From Macrostomum hystrix (taxonomy: Eukaryota > Animalia > Platyhelminthes), in assembly GCA_950097015.1 (NCBI GenBank), contig CATNEN010000039.1:3658001-3722000 (forward strand): a DNA stretch of 64,000 bases, in the 5' to 3' direction. Shown here piece after piece: positions 1-11,512 of the stretch. Numbering within the stretch: the stretch's first letter is position 1; every line of letters starts with the position of its first letter. The notes below the pieces were generated by a model, which was not told the DNA's origin, made no database searches, and worked only from the letters and a program-made list of their open reading frames with translations. Made by a program: the position numbers and the translations under genes.

Positions 1-394
1 CGACAGCGAAGGCCAGCGGAAGCCGGCAACCTCGCAGGTGGACCCAGCCGCCGGGGCTCATCGCAGTCGGAGGCGCCGGAAGAGACGTCGGATCTACGTG
101 AAAGCGGTGCTCGGTCGCGGCTCCGCTGTGCGCGACGGTCGCCTCCGGGCTGGCGACCGCATCCTAGAGGTCGATGGCTACAAGCTGACCGGGCAGAGCC
201 AGGCCGATGCGGTCAGCCTGCTGAGAGCTATTCCGGTGGGCGCCACTGTGAAGATCCTCGTCTCCAGGCGCTGCGTGACTGACGATCCTCTTGTAGGCGG
301 TGACGATGACACCGCGGTGGCAGCTACCAGCAGTCTGGCTGCGGCAGCTTTCAATAACCTGGGCCAGGCCGCTGTGAGGATGGGCTTCTTCGAG
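1..394 (+). CDS. PARD3: Par-3 (bazooka/PARD3) exon encoding the PDZ2 C-terminal part; gene continues from upstream of the window
   Basis: IYVKAVLGRGSAVRDGRLRAGDRILEVDGYKLTGQSQADAVSLLRAIPVGATVKILVSR closely follows Par-3 PDZ2 ([29 protein letters not shown]...). Phase-0 donor GAG|GTGAGG after 394; an alternative phase-0 donor lies after 373. Confidence 0.82.
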
Positions 395-526
395 GTGAGG
401 CTAAGGTCGAATCAAGGGGACGAGGCCCCGGCGGCTGGGTCCACCTGCGAGGTTGCCGGCTTCCGCTGGCCTTCGCTGTCGTGATTCGCCGCCTCGTCCC
501 TTTGATTCGACACTATTTGATCCTAT

Positions 527-866
527 CTGTCACTCTGTCCCCATGTCACTCTGTCCCCATGTCACTCTGTCCCCATGTCACTCTGTCCCCATGTCACTCT
601 GTCCCCATGTCACTCTGTCCCCATGTCACTCTGTCCCCATGTCACTCTGTCCCCATGTCACTCTGTCCCCATGTCACTCTGTCCCCATGTCACTCTGTCC
701 CCATGTCACTCTGTCCCCATGTCACTCTGTCCCCATGTCACTCTGTCCCCATGTCACTCTGTCCCCATGTCACTCTGTCCCCATGTCACTCTGTCCCCAT
801 GTCACTCTGTCCCCATGTCACTCTGTCCCCATGTCACTCTGTCCCCATGTCACTCTGTCCCCATGT
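527..866. repeat. Minisatellite, 16-bp unit CTGTCCCCATGTCACT
   Basis: About 21 perfect tandem copies in Par-3 intron 1. Confidence 0.95.
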
Positions 867-2267
867 GTTAAAAGTGCATTCCTCAGTGGCTTGTTGTTCG
901 GTGCTAGTCACAAACCTGCTAGTCCGTCACCCCATACTAAAGAGGCGTTGAGGCATGCATTTGTTTTGCCGCAAATTGTGAAACTAACACAGTTGGCAAG
1001 CCTTCTGGCTTTGCTAGAGTGACTGACTGGTTGAGTGAGTGGCTGTATTAGGAGGTAGCATTGATTTTATTGACTCAATCGGATCGACTTTCCCCCAGGC
1101 TGTAAGCCAGCGAGGCTCACACGGCTAATACCCATCATGTTTGTAGAGTGAGAATCATTTCTGCCTGGCGCCCCGTTAACTTATCAATCATCATGGAAAT
1201 GTTGAGAGCACCGCCCAACTTATGATCTCATTGTCTCTCTGAATAGGACCAGCTGCTCTTAGTCTTTGCTGCTTCTTCTTTCCCGTCTGAGAGCTTTTTT
1301 TGTGAGGCTTCATGCTTACTGGGCCTGCGGAATCATATGCTTGTGTGGGAGTGTGAGTGTGTGTGTGTCCTGGTGTGTGTGTGTGTGAGCGTGATTGTGT
1401 GTGTGTGAGTTCTGAGGGGCCTCATCTCCTCTTCTCTCTATCTGTGCGGATCCTCAAATTAGGCGAGATCTCTCTCGCAGTCCTCTCAGTTCGCAGGGTC
1501 TACTGCAGTAGATAAGTACAGTCTGCAGTAGCTGAGCAGGGAGAGTTTGGCCTGCTGATGGGATAACTGAGTAGGGGCACTGGTTAGTGGGGAGCAGAGC
1601 AAAGAGGTCAATTATCGGCTTTAGCTGCAGTGGCGACCCGGCTCTCTTTCATAGCTCCGGCACGCGATTATGCCAGCAGTAGGAACTGCCAAACGGGATC
1701 CCTGTGCGGGAGAATTATCTTACTGTAACTGATACTTGTAGTTAGCTTTAGTACAAGCGCAGTCTTGCTCTCTATTAGCTGTATCTGCTGAGGCCTGATT
1801 GGCTCAAAGTGCTTTAATATGAAAGATGCGAGAATATGCTCAGCGTATTTTTAGACTGCTCTGAACGCTTCAGATGGCTATCTGGGCTGAGTTCTTGCTT
1901 TGAGAAAAAATGGGAATAGACATTGTACTAGGATAGCAATTTCAAATAGGGAATAGCGACAGATGTTCCGCTGGCCATGCCTCATCCCTACTCAGTCTCT
2001 GCCACTCCTCTGATCCGATTTGAGATCTGCTCCGCTTCCGCAGCGGATTATCGATGCTTCGATTTAGTAAGGAACACACTGGCACTGGCACACTCAATAG
2101 CCAGTTCTTGGCAAGCCCGTATTTCCTGCTAGAATGGGATTTTAGCATTTTGCGTTTGGGATTCGAGGGGCTGGGATTTCAGATTTTGTTGCAGCGATGA
2201 AGATTTCAGCATTAAAAAATTGCTTTTTTAATTAAGGTTTTTTAAACAGTTTTTTTCACTCTTATAG

Positions 2268-2552
2268 CCAACATCTGTCCTATCTGGAGAATTTGAAGCA
2301 TCAGCAGCGGCAGCAGCAGCAGTGGCGCCATCTTCGACTACGGCTGTGAAAATATCAGGCGATCGTTGCCTCATGGAGCTTGACATTCTGCTCACTAGCG
2401 AAGCCGCCTCTAGCGGCGGCGGCGGCGGCGGGGGTCTTGGCGTCAGCATCCGCACCGGTGACGACTCGGTGACTGCGGAAGGCGAAGCTTCGGGCTGCAA
2501 TGGCGCAGGTGTCTTTGTCAGAACCGTCATCAGTGGCGGCGCAGCGCACCGA
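2268..2552 (+). CDS. PARD3: Par-3 exon, PDZ3 N-terminal half
   Basis: Acceptor cttatag|CCA. Encodes ...GLGVSIR...GVFVRTVISGGAAHR (Par-3 PDZ3: GLGVSVK...GIFVKSIINGGAASK). Donor CGA|GTAGGA, phase 0. Confidence 0.85.
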
Positions 2553-2584
2553 GTAGGAGTCTCCTTACTTGTCAATCCAAAATC

Positions 2585-3150
2585 TTCACTCTTTCAAATT
2601 GTCACTCTTTCAAATTGTCACTCTTTCAAATTGTCACTCTTTCAAATTGTCACTCTTTCAAATTGTCACTCTTTCAAATTGTCACTCTTTCAAATTGTCA
2701 CTCTTTCAAATTGTCACTCTTTCAAATTGTCACTCTTTCAAATTGTCACTCTTTCAAATTGTCGCTCTTTCAAATTGTCACTCTTTCAAATTGTCACTCT
2801 TTCAAATTGTCACTCTTTCAAATTGTCACTCTTTCAAATTGTCACTCTTTCAAATTGTCACTCTTTCAAATTGTCGCTCTTTCAAATTGTCACTCTTTCA
2901 AATTGTCGCTCTTTTAAATTGTCAATCTTTCAAATTGTCGCTCTTTCAAATTGTCACTCTTTCAAATTGTCACTCTTTCAAATTGTCACTCTTTCAAATT
3001 GTCACTCTTTCAAATTGTCACTCTTTCAAATTGTCACTCTTTCAAATTGTCGCTCTTTCAAATTGTCACTCTTTCAAATTGTCGCTCTTTTAAATTGTCA
3101 ATCTTTGAAATTGTCACTCCTTCAAATTTTCACTCGTTTGAATTGTCACT
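2585..3150. repeat. Minisatellite, 16-bp unit TTTCAAATTGTCACTC
   Basis: About 35 copies filling Par-3 intron 2. Confidence 0.95.
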
Positions 3151-3181
3151 TCTGACCTTTAAAACCGTCTCCGCCAATCAG

Positions 3182-3586
3182 GACGGTCGGCTGCGCGAGT
3201 CGGACCAGCTGCTGTCCGTCAATGGCTGCTCTCTTGTGGGCATCGCTGGCGCCGAAGCCATGGCAACGCTTCGTCGAGCGATCCGCGGCTCTTCAGTCGG
3301 TGGCCGGGTGCACCTTGAAATCGCTCGCCAAATGCATAATCGGCAGCAGCAGCAGCAGCAGGCAGCCGACAGCGTCAGCAGCAGCGGCAGCGTTACAGTC
3401 AGCGCTGATGTTCACCAGCTCCCAGCTTCTCTAAATCTCATTGAGTCTGGGAATGCTGCCGCCGTTGCCACGGTTACGATTGCCATGCCAACAGTGTCCG
3501 AGGACTGCACGACCGGTCGGATGAACATTTCCACATCTGTGGGCTCGCCCGATGATAATGCTCAAACCACTGCGGGCCTCTCTTCG
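3182..3586 (+). CDS. PARD3: Par-3 exon, PDZ3 C-terminal half plus low-complexity linker
   Basis: Acceptor aatcag|GAC. DGRLRESDQLLSVNGCSLVGIAGAEAMATLRRAI...VHLEIAR is in frame with the previous exon. The 3' boundary (TCG|GTCTGT) is a weak donor and uncertain. Confidence 0.8.
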
Positions 3587-3754
3587 GTCTGTTTTGCATC
3601 GCAATGTACTTTATTGCCTCCCCTGCCCTTACTCTGCAGATTGTATTTCATTCATCGTCTCTAATTAAATCCCACTTTGAGTCTTAAATTCATATTGCTA
3701 TCTGGCTTTTCCCTCGAGATCGCCTTTCTATCATCTTGCTCATCTCTCCACTAT

Positions 3755-5725
3755 TCTCTCCCCTCTTCTCTCCCCTCTTCTCTCCCCTCTTCTCTCTTCT
3801 CTCCCCTCTTCTCTCCCATCTTCTCTCCCCTCTTCTCTCCCCTCTTCTCTCCCCTCTTCTCTCCCCTCTTCTCTCCCCTCTTCTCTCCCCTCTTCTCTCC
3901 CTTCTTCTCTCCCCTCTTCTCTCCCCTCTTCTCTCCCTTCTTCTCTCCCCTCTTCTCTCCCCTCTTCTCTCCCTTCTTCTCTCCCCTCTTCTCTCCCCTC
4001 TTCTCTCCCCTCTTCTCTCCCCTCTTCTCTCCCTTCTTCTCTCCCCTCTTCTCTCCCCTCTTCTCTCCCTTCTTCTCTCCCCTCTTCTCTCCCCTCTTCT
4101 CTCCCCTCTTCTCTCCCCTCTTCTCTCCCCTCTTCTCTCCCCTCTTCTCTCCCCTCTTCTCTCCCTTCTTCTCTCCCCTCTTCTCTCCCCTCTTCTCTCC
4201 CTTCTTCTCTCCCCTCTTCTCTCCCCTCTTCTCTCCCTTCTTCTCTCCCCTCTTCTCTCCCCTCTTCTCTCCCCTCTTCTCTCCCCTCTTCTCTCCCTTC
4301 TTCTCTCCCCTCTTCTCTCCCCTCTTCTCTCCCTTCTTCTCTCCCCTCTTCTCTCCCCTCTTCTCTCCCCTCTTCTCTCCCCTCTTCTCTCTTCTCTCCC
4401 CTATGACTGGGGGGATAGCTTAGTCAGTAAGGTGTCGGACTCTGGATCAGATGGTCCTGGGTTCGACTCCCGACCTAGTCTAGAACTATTCGTGCAGCCT
4501 TTGGCAAGCTGCTTTGCCCTGATGTGCACACAGTCTACTCAGCTGCAAATGAGTACCGACATTTCGTCGGGTAGTAATAATTCCGGCTGGCGTGGAATAA
4601 AGCAGTTCTGTGCGGCAATTCTGTGGGATTTGGATGCTGCCGATATGTTTGGAAAAATAAATTCCATTGCTGACACGCGGCTGTCAACCGGTGTCCGAGA
4701 GAGCCGGGGAGTACAATAGGTGTGCAGTCCCCACCTGCTAGTGTGCCTGACACACAACACCTGCACTGGCCCTTGGGTCTAGTGTCAATTATTATTATTA
4801 TATCTCCCCTCTTCTCTCCCATCTTCTCTCCCCTCTTCTCTCCCCTCTTCTCTCCCATCTTCTCTCCCCTCTTCTCTCCCCTCTTCTCTCCCCTCTTCTC
4901 TCCCCTCTTCTCTCCCATCTTCTCTCCCCTCTTCTCTCCCCTCTTCTCTCCCCTCTTCTCTCCCCTCTTCTCTCCCCTCTTCTCTCCCCTCTTCTCTCCC
5001 CTCTTCTCTCCCCTCTTCTCTCCCCTCTTCTCTCCCCTCTTCTCTCCCCTCTTCTCTCCCCTCTTCTCTCCCCTCTTCTCTCTTCTCTCCCCTCTTCTCT
5101 CCCCTCTTCTCTCCCCTCTTCTCTCCCCTCTTCTCTCCCCTCTTCTCTCCCCTCTTCTCTCCCTTCTTCTCTCCCCTCTTCTCTCCCCTCTTCTCTCCCT
5201 CTTCTCTCCCCTCTTCTCTCCCCTCTTCTCTCCCCTCTTCTCTCACCTCTTCTCTTCTCTCTTCTCTTCTCTCTCTCTTCTCCCCCTCTTCTCTCTCTCT
5301 TCTCCCCCTCTTCTCTCTCTCTTCTCCCCCTCTTCTCTCTCTCTTCTCCCCCTCTTCTCTCTCTCTTCTCTCCCCTCTTCTCTCCCATCTTCTCTCCCCT
5401 CTTCTCTCCCCTCTTCTCTCCCCTCTTCTCTCCCCTCTTCTCTCCCCTCTTCTCTCCCCTCTTCTCTCCCTTCTTCTCTCCCCTCTTCTCTCCCCTCTTC
5501 TCTCCCCTCTTCTCTCCCCTCTTCTCTCCCCTCTTCTCTCCCCTCTTCTCTCACCTCTTCTCTTCTCTCTTCTCTTCTCTCTCTCTTCTCCCCCTCTTCT
5601 CTCTCTCTTCTCCCCCTCTTCTCTCTCTCTTCTCCCCCTCTTCTCTCTCTCTTCTCCCCCTCTTCTCTCTCTTCTCCCCCTCTTCTCTCTCTCTTCTCCC
5701 CCTCTTCTCTCCCTCTTGTCTCCCC
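3755..5725. repeat. Polypyrimidine minisatellite, 12-bp unit CTCTTCTCTCCC, split by a SINE at 4409-4802
   Basis: Direct inspection. Confidence 0.95.
4409..4802 (+). mobile_element. tRNA-derived SINE with a CORE-like central domain and (ATT)n tail, inserted inside a 12-bp minisatellite
   Basis: A box TAGCTTAGTCAG, B box GGTTCGACTCC, central CCTTTGGCAAG...CAGCTGCAAATGAGTACC, 3' attattattatt. Confidence 0.75.
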
Positions 5726-6236
5726 TCACTCAAATGGCTAGCGCTGTGTGTGTGGATGATGCCTGGCTTTGGTAGATCTGTGTAAATATTGATAGCTTAG
5801 TATGACCAGGGGCCAATAACGATAATGATGTACTGCTTGGGGCAGGCTGGTCGGTTAGAGCCCTGCACTACTGGAGGTCGGGGCACTATTGGCTGCGACT
5901 AAATCTACTAACACCCAATTGGGGAGACAGTCGCGCAGAAGCGAGTTGAGCTGGAGAATCTGGGCTGAAGCGAGGTGGACTCTGGCGTTCTCGATTTATC
6001 AAATTAAGGGTCCGTTGTGGGCTCGACCGCCTCTTTGGTCTCCGCCACCTACTCAGACTGCTGATAGAAAGGGCAGAGATCTGCTCAGGCCGGTAGCATT
6101 GGTGTGGGGCTGCCAGTTCACAAGCTAATGGCCAGTTGCTTCCCACTGCGCCACTGGAGACTAAATGCTTGTGAAGGCCCCCCACTCCGCTTTACAGACT
6201 GCTGATTTTAGAGGCCGGATGCACTTTTCACTTATT

Positions 6237-6735
6237 ACCTTCCACATCTCCACCTTCCCCATCTCCACCTTCCCCTTCTCCACCTTCCCTTTTTCCACCT
6301 TCCCCTTCTCCTCCTTCCACTTCTCCACCTTCCCCTTCTCCACCTTCCCCATCTCCACCTTCCCCTTCTCCACCTTCCCCTTCTCCACCTTCCCCATCTC
6401 CACCTTCCCCTTCTCCACCTTCCCCTTCTCCACCTTCCCCTTCTCCACCTTCCCCTTCTCCACCTTCCCCATCTCCACCTTCCCCATCTCCACCTTCCCC
6501 TTCTCCACCTTCCCCATCTCCACCTTCCCCATCTCCACCTTCCCCATCTCCACCTTCCCCATCTCCACCTTCCCAATCTCCACCTTCCCCTTCTCCACCT
6601 TCCCCATCTCCACCTTCCCAATCTCCACCTTCCCCTTCCATTTTTCCACCTTCCCTTTTTCCACCTTCCCTTTTTCCACCTTCCCCTTCTCCACCTTCCC
6701 CTTCTTCACCTTCCCCATCTCCACCTTCCCCTTCT
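6237..6735. repeat. Minisatellite, 15-bp unit TCCACCTTCCCC(A/T)TC
   Basis: Direct inspection. Confidence 0.95.
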
Positions 6736-6829
6736 CTTTATTAGTCGTCCTCACAATCTCACCTACACTTTTCACACCTGCAACTATCCAATTATCTAAC
6801 CAACTATCTCAACTCCCTGCTCATTGCAG

Positions 6830-7020
6830 CCCGGCAGCCGGTGGCCCCTGACCACCTTCCAGTCGGCGTCGAGGCGCCCGCCTCCGAATCCGGCCTCGCC
6901 GCAGCAGGCGGCAGGGCCCGGCGCCGGGAGCTTCGGCGTCCAGCTGAGCCAGCGGGGCAGCTGCTCGGTGGACAATCTGCAGCAGCTGCTGGTGCGGAAG
7001 GTGGAGAGCCAGCGGCAGAG
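6830..7020 (+). CDS. PARD3: Par-3 exon (PGSRWPLTTFQ...RGSCSVDNLQQLLVRKVESQRQ)
   Basis: Acceptor cattgcag|CCC, phase-2 donor AG|GTCAGT. SCSVDNL resembles the Par-3 SSSLESL phospho-motif, although in mammalian Par-3 that motif follows CR3 rather than preceding it. Confidence 0.7.
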
Positions 7021-7451
7021 GTCAGTTTTGCTGCCAGCGCCTTCACTGAACCAGATTTGGCCGAGCGATTCAGTTTTGCTAGCATTTCTCCATCATTCAG
7101 ATTTGCCCCGCTAGCAATTTCCCTCCACAATTTCCTGCCACTTTGGGCAGTGTTTGTAGCATTTCTCTTCTACCAGCGGGCAATAAAAGTGCCTCCTTCT
7201 GTTTGTTGTTTTGTCTTCAACTGGAACAGCCTTCAGCTTTCAGCAGTCTCGCGGCCAACTGTTCCTGTCGTTTCTTGTTTCTGTTTCTTCTTCTTTGGCT
7301 TGCGTATCTCGCCATCGTTCTTTAGTTGGAAATACTAATGTGAAAAAAGGAGAGCAAGAAGCCCTAATTAGGTGACGAATCATCAGACTCTAATAGAAAC
7401 GTGCTTAGTTACACTCGCCGTTTACCTATCCGTAATCTATATTTTTTTAAG

Positions 7452-7657
7452 TCACCAATGGAAATTCGCCGACGGCATCGTTGACGGCTTCCAACCGGCG
7501 TCTGGTGCGTCGTCGGCCATTGCCTCACGCGATGATCCGTTCAATCGTCGTGGTTTCGGCCAGCGATCCCTTCGCGAGCGACGCAGACCGCCGCAGGACT
7601 CGGATGCCAAGCCTGTCTGTGTCGCAACTGGTGCGCGGGCCGACTTGGCGGCTAAAG
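7452..7657 (+). CDS. PARD3: Par-3 exon containing the aPKC-binding CR3 motif
   Basis: Phase-2 acceptor tttttaag|T. DPFNRRGFGQRSLRERRR matches Par-3 CR3 (FQREGFGRQSMSEKR). Phase-1 donor AAAG|GTCAGC. Confidence 0.8.
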
Positions 7658-7691
7658 GTCAGCTTCTTAAAAAATTGACAGTTAATAAATG

Positions 7692-8192
7692 TGAGCACAG
7701 AGACTGGAAGATAAGCACAGAGACTGGAAGATTAGCACAGAGACTAGAAGATGAGCACAGAGACTAGAAGATGAGCACAGAGACTGGAAGATTGAGCACA
7801 AAGACTGGAAGATGAGCACAGAGACTGGAAGATGAGCACATAGACTAGAAGATTGAGCACAAAGACTGGAAGATGAGCACAGAGACTGGAAGATGAGCAC
7901 AGAGACTAGAAGATTGAGCACAAAGACTGGAAGATGAGCACAGAGACTGGAAGATGAGCACAGAGACTAGAAGATTGAGCACAAAGACTGGAAGATGAGC
8001 ACAGAGACTGGAAGATTAGCACAGAGACTGGAAGATGAGCACAGAGACTAGAAGCTGAGCACAGAGGCTGGAAGATGAGCACCCTAGAGACTGGAAGATG
8101 AGTACAGAGACTAGAAGCTGAGCACAGAGACTGGAAGATGAGTACAGAGACTAGAAGCTGAGCACAGAGACTAGAAGCTTAGCACAAAGACT
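7692..8192. repeat. Minisatellite, 20/21-bp unit GAGCACAGAGACTGGAAGAT
   Basis: Direct inspection. Confidence 0.95.
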
Positions 8193-8233
8193 GCTCGTTC
8201 CACTCAGTCCACTCACCATCCATTCGCCCTCAG

Positions 8234-8405
8234 GTGCCTGCCGACCTCGCCGACGTTGTTCCGGCGACTCGTCGTCCTCTTCTGTCGTGTCCGCTGGAGA
8301 AGCCAACTTGTCTATGGCCGAAACTGACAGCTGCGGCAGCGGAGACTACGAGAGGGCCATCGTTGTAGCTCCGCCGCCTAGGCGGCAACCGCAGCAGCAA
8401 CAGCA

Positions 8406-8465
<60 letters not shown>

Positions 8466-8702
8466 GTATCGAAACCAGCAGCAACACCAGCAGCAGTATC
8501 CAGCGGCATCCACGGCTTTGCCGATTATTGCTTGTCCTTCACTGGCGATTCGATCCGGCGGTACAGCAGCCTCCTCTGCTGTTGTTGCTGCTGCTGCTGC
8601 CGCCCCTTTGGCGACCTCATCAAATTCTAACAAAGGCGCTTTTTCTGGTTCAAACTCAGCCGCAGCCAACAGTCGAAAAAACTTCCTCAAAGGACTTTTT
8701 AG
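8234..8702 (+). CDS. PARD3: Par-3 exon, poly-Q/poly-A region ending in SRKNFLKGLFR
   Basis: Phase-1 acceptor cctcag|GT is in frame. FLKGLFR resembles the conserved Par-3 basic-hydrophobic GMLKGLGDMFRFGK-type motif. Phase-2 donor AG|GTACAT. Confidence 0.75.
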
Positions 8703-8754
8703 GTACATTAAACCCATATGACTGGAGATTGTTTCTAAGAAAAAAGTTGAATGA

Positions 8755-9140
8755 GCTGCCAACTACCCCCTAATGTTCAGGCTGAGTAGACAATTGCCCC
8801 CTAATGTTCAGGCTGAGTAGACAATTGCCCCCTAATGTTCAGGCTGAGTAGACAATTGCCCCCTAATGTTCAGGCTGAGTAGACAATTGCCCCCTAATGT
8901 TCAGGCTGAGTAGACAATTGCCCCCTAATGTTCAGGCTGAGTAGACAATTGCCCCCTAATGTTCAGGTTGAGTAGACAATTGCCCCCTAATGTTCAGGCT
9001 GAGTAGACAATTGCCCCCTAATGTTCAGGTTGAGTTGCCAACTACCCCAAGTATTCAGGTTGAGTTGCCAACTACCCCCCAAGTATTCAGGTTGAGTTGC
9101 CAACTACCCCCCAAGTATTCAGGTTGAGTTGCCAACTACC
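8755..9140. repeat. Minisatellite, 31-bp unit CCCCCTAATGTTCAGGCTGAGTAGACAATTG
   Basis: Direct inspection; degenerate ends. Confidence 0.9.
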
Positions 9141-9253
9141 AACCTAAATTCAGCGTTAGTCAATCGTGAGTCGTTAGTCTTATTCGAATTCGCTACTTAT
9201 AGCAGTAGTATTATCAACCAAATTACCTGGAATGACATTCATTCTATACGCAG

Positions 9254-9274
9254 GTCCATCAGTGTGCGCGCCAG
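9254..9274 (+). CDS. PARD3: Putative 21-nt symmetric microexon of Par-3 (R-SISVRA-R)
   Basis: ctatacgcag|GTCCATCAGTGTGCGCGCCAG|gtatgc. 21 nt, phase 2-2, compatible with both flanking exons, no stop codon. Confidence 0.5.
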
Positions 9275-9433
9275 GTATGCCCAGAATGCCAACTGCTGCT
9301 TGTTTCTTTGTGTCTCACGCTGTTCAAGTCATTTGCCTTCCTGTTGAGACTTACGCTTAATTTAGCACCTTCACTTAGCAGGTCAGTTAGAACCAAAGTT
9401 CATACGACAAAAACTTTTAGCTTTTGATGACAT

Positions 9434-10515
9434 ATCATCTTTCTCATTCATTTGATCATCTTTCTCACTCATTTGATCATCTTTCTCATTCATTTGATCA
9501 TCTTTCTCATTCATTTGATCATCTTTCTCATTCATTTGATCATCTTTCTCATTCATTTGATCATCTTTCTCATTCATTTGATCATCTTTCTCACTCATTT
9601 GATCATCTTTCTCATTCATTTGATCATCTTTCTCATTCATTTGATCATCTTTCTCATTCATTTGATCATCTTTCTCATTCATTTGATCATCTTTCTCATT
9701 CATTTGATCATCTTTCTCATTCATTTGATCATCTTTCTCACTCATTTGATCATCTTTCTCACTCATTTGATCATCTTTCTCACTCATTTGATCATCTTTC
9801 TCATTCATTTGATCATCTTTCTCACTCATTTGATCATCTTTCTCATTCATTTGATCATCTTTCTCATTCATTTGATCATCTTTCTCATTCATTTGATCAT
9901 CTTTCTCATTCATTTGATCATCTTTCTCATTCATTTGATCATCTTTCTCATTCATTTGATCATCTTTCTCACTCATTTGATCATCTTTCTCACTCATTTG
10001 ATCATCTTTCTCACTCATTTGATCATCTTTCTCACTCATTTGATCATCTTTCTCACTCATTTGATCATCTTTCTCACTCATTTGATCATCTTTCTCACTC
10101 ATTTGATCATCTTTCTCACTCATTTGATCATCTTTCTCACTCATTTGATCATCTTTCTCACTCATTTGATCATCTTTCTCACTCATTTGATCATCTTTCT
10201 CACTCATTTGATCATCTTTCTCGTTCAGTTTCTCATCTTTCTCGTTCAGTTTCTCATCTTTCTCGTTCAGTTTCTCATCTTTCTCGTTCAGTTTCTCATC
10301 TTTCTCATTCAGTTTCTCATCTTTCTCGTTCAGTTTCTCATCTTTCTCGTTCAGTTTCTCATCTTTCTCGTTCAGTTTCTCATCTTTCTCATTCAGTTTC
10401 TCATCTTTCTCGTTCAGTTTCTCATCTTTCTCGTTCAGTTTCTCATCTTTCTCATTCAGTTTCTCATCTTTCTCGTTCAGTTTCTCATCTTTCTCGTTCA
10501 GTTTCTCATCTCTTC
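9434..10515. repeat. Minisatellite, 21-bp unit CATTTGATCATCTTTCTCA(T/C)T switching to CAGTTTCTCATCTTTCTCGTT
   Basis: Direct inspection. Confidence 0.95.
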
Positions 10516-11237
10516 AGTATCTCAATCTTCATTTTCTACTCATGAAAACAAAAGTACAAAAGTTTCTAGCTCGATTCTTTTAGAAATTTTGTTGGATCTG
10601 GCAGGCCTGTAAGCTTTGGCACAGAGTAGAAATTAAAATGAATCTTTTAGAAGTGAAAATCGAAGCAAGGTAACACGACTTTGCTTTTTTGATTTGACTT
10701 AAACAGCTTTACTGTTCTATGAATATTTCCTTGCAATTGGTGGCTGGCTTCTTATATAAAGATTTATTTATTGATAGATTAATGGCTCTTATCTGCTTCT
10801 GTCTTACTCTCAAGCCAAGTAACCTATTGAATTCTCGCTATTTTAGTCCCTGCATAATGCTTTACATTAAACTGTCTGAATTTGTGCTTGCAGCAAAAAC
10901 TATTCCAGCCTTTGTTATGATTAAAGGAATTAACTAGTCAGTATAAAATTGCATAGACACAAATTAATAAGTAAGCTTTGGGTACATTTTGTTAACTTCG
11001 CACTTTTAATTTGAAATTCTGCTTAGCTTGAAGCGCTCGTCGAAGTTTTACTGATAAAATGCTTGATTGCTGTATTGTTATTATGCGCCAAAGTTAAAAA
11101 TAATCGTCTAGAAACATAATGAAATATTTAGAAACACATTTATAACGCGTTATAAACAAGAAACACTTTTTAAATATATGTAAATTTCATAGAAAATACA
11201 ATATACTAAGAGCCGTAGTTCTATTAGTAAAATATTT

Positions 11238-11360
11238 TAGTTCTAAAAATAGAATGTACACAGTTCTAAAAATAGAATGTACACAGTTCTAAAAATAGAA
11301 TGTACACAGTTCTAAAATCGAATGTACACTGTTCTAAAAATAGAAAGTGAACAGTTCTAA
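11238..11360. repeat. Short 23-bp tandem AGTTCTAAAAATAGAATGTACAC
   Basis: About 5 copies. Confidence 0.85.
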
Positions 11361-11512
11361 CATTATAAATCGCACTTTTTTGAAAATAAACCTTTATGCA
11401 AGTGAAAGATGTGTGCCGATTAGGGTTGGAGTAAATTTGGATCTTTATGCTTATTTAGCTGTATAGTTAGCTAAAGGTGCCAAACTTACAGAAAAAAATC
11501 CTACCTTAACAG

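Noticed and set aside
1480-2150. Possible highly decayed LINE reverse-transcriptase relic on minus (QGS...ADN spacing); similar hints at 5741-6170 and 50150-50430
   Set aside because: Motifs need multiple frameshifts and stops and cannot be distinguished from chance without a TBLASTN/HMM search.
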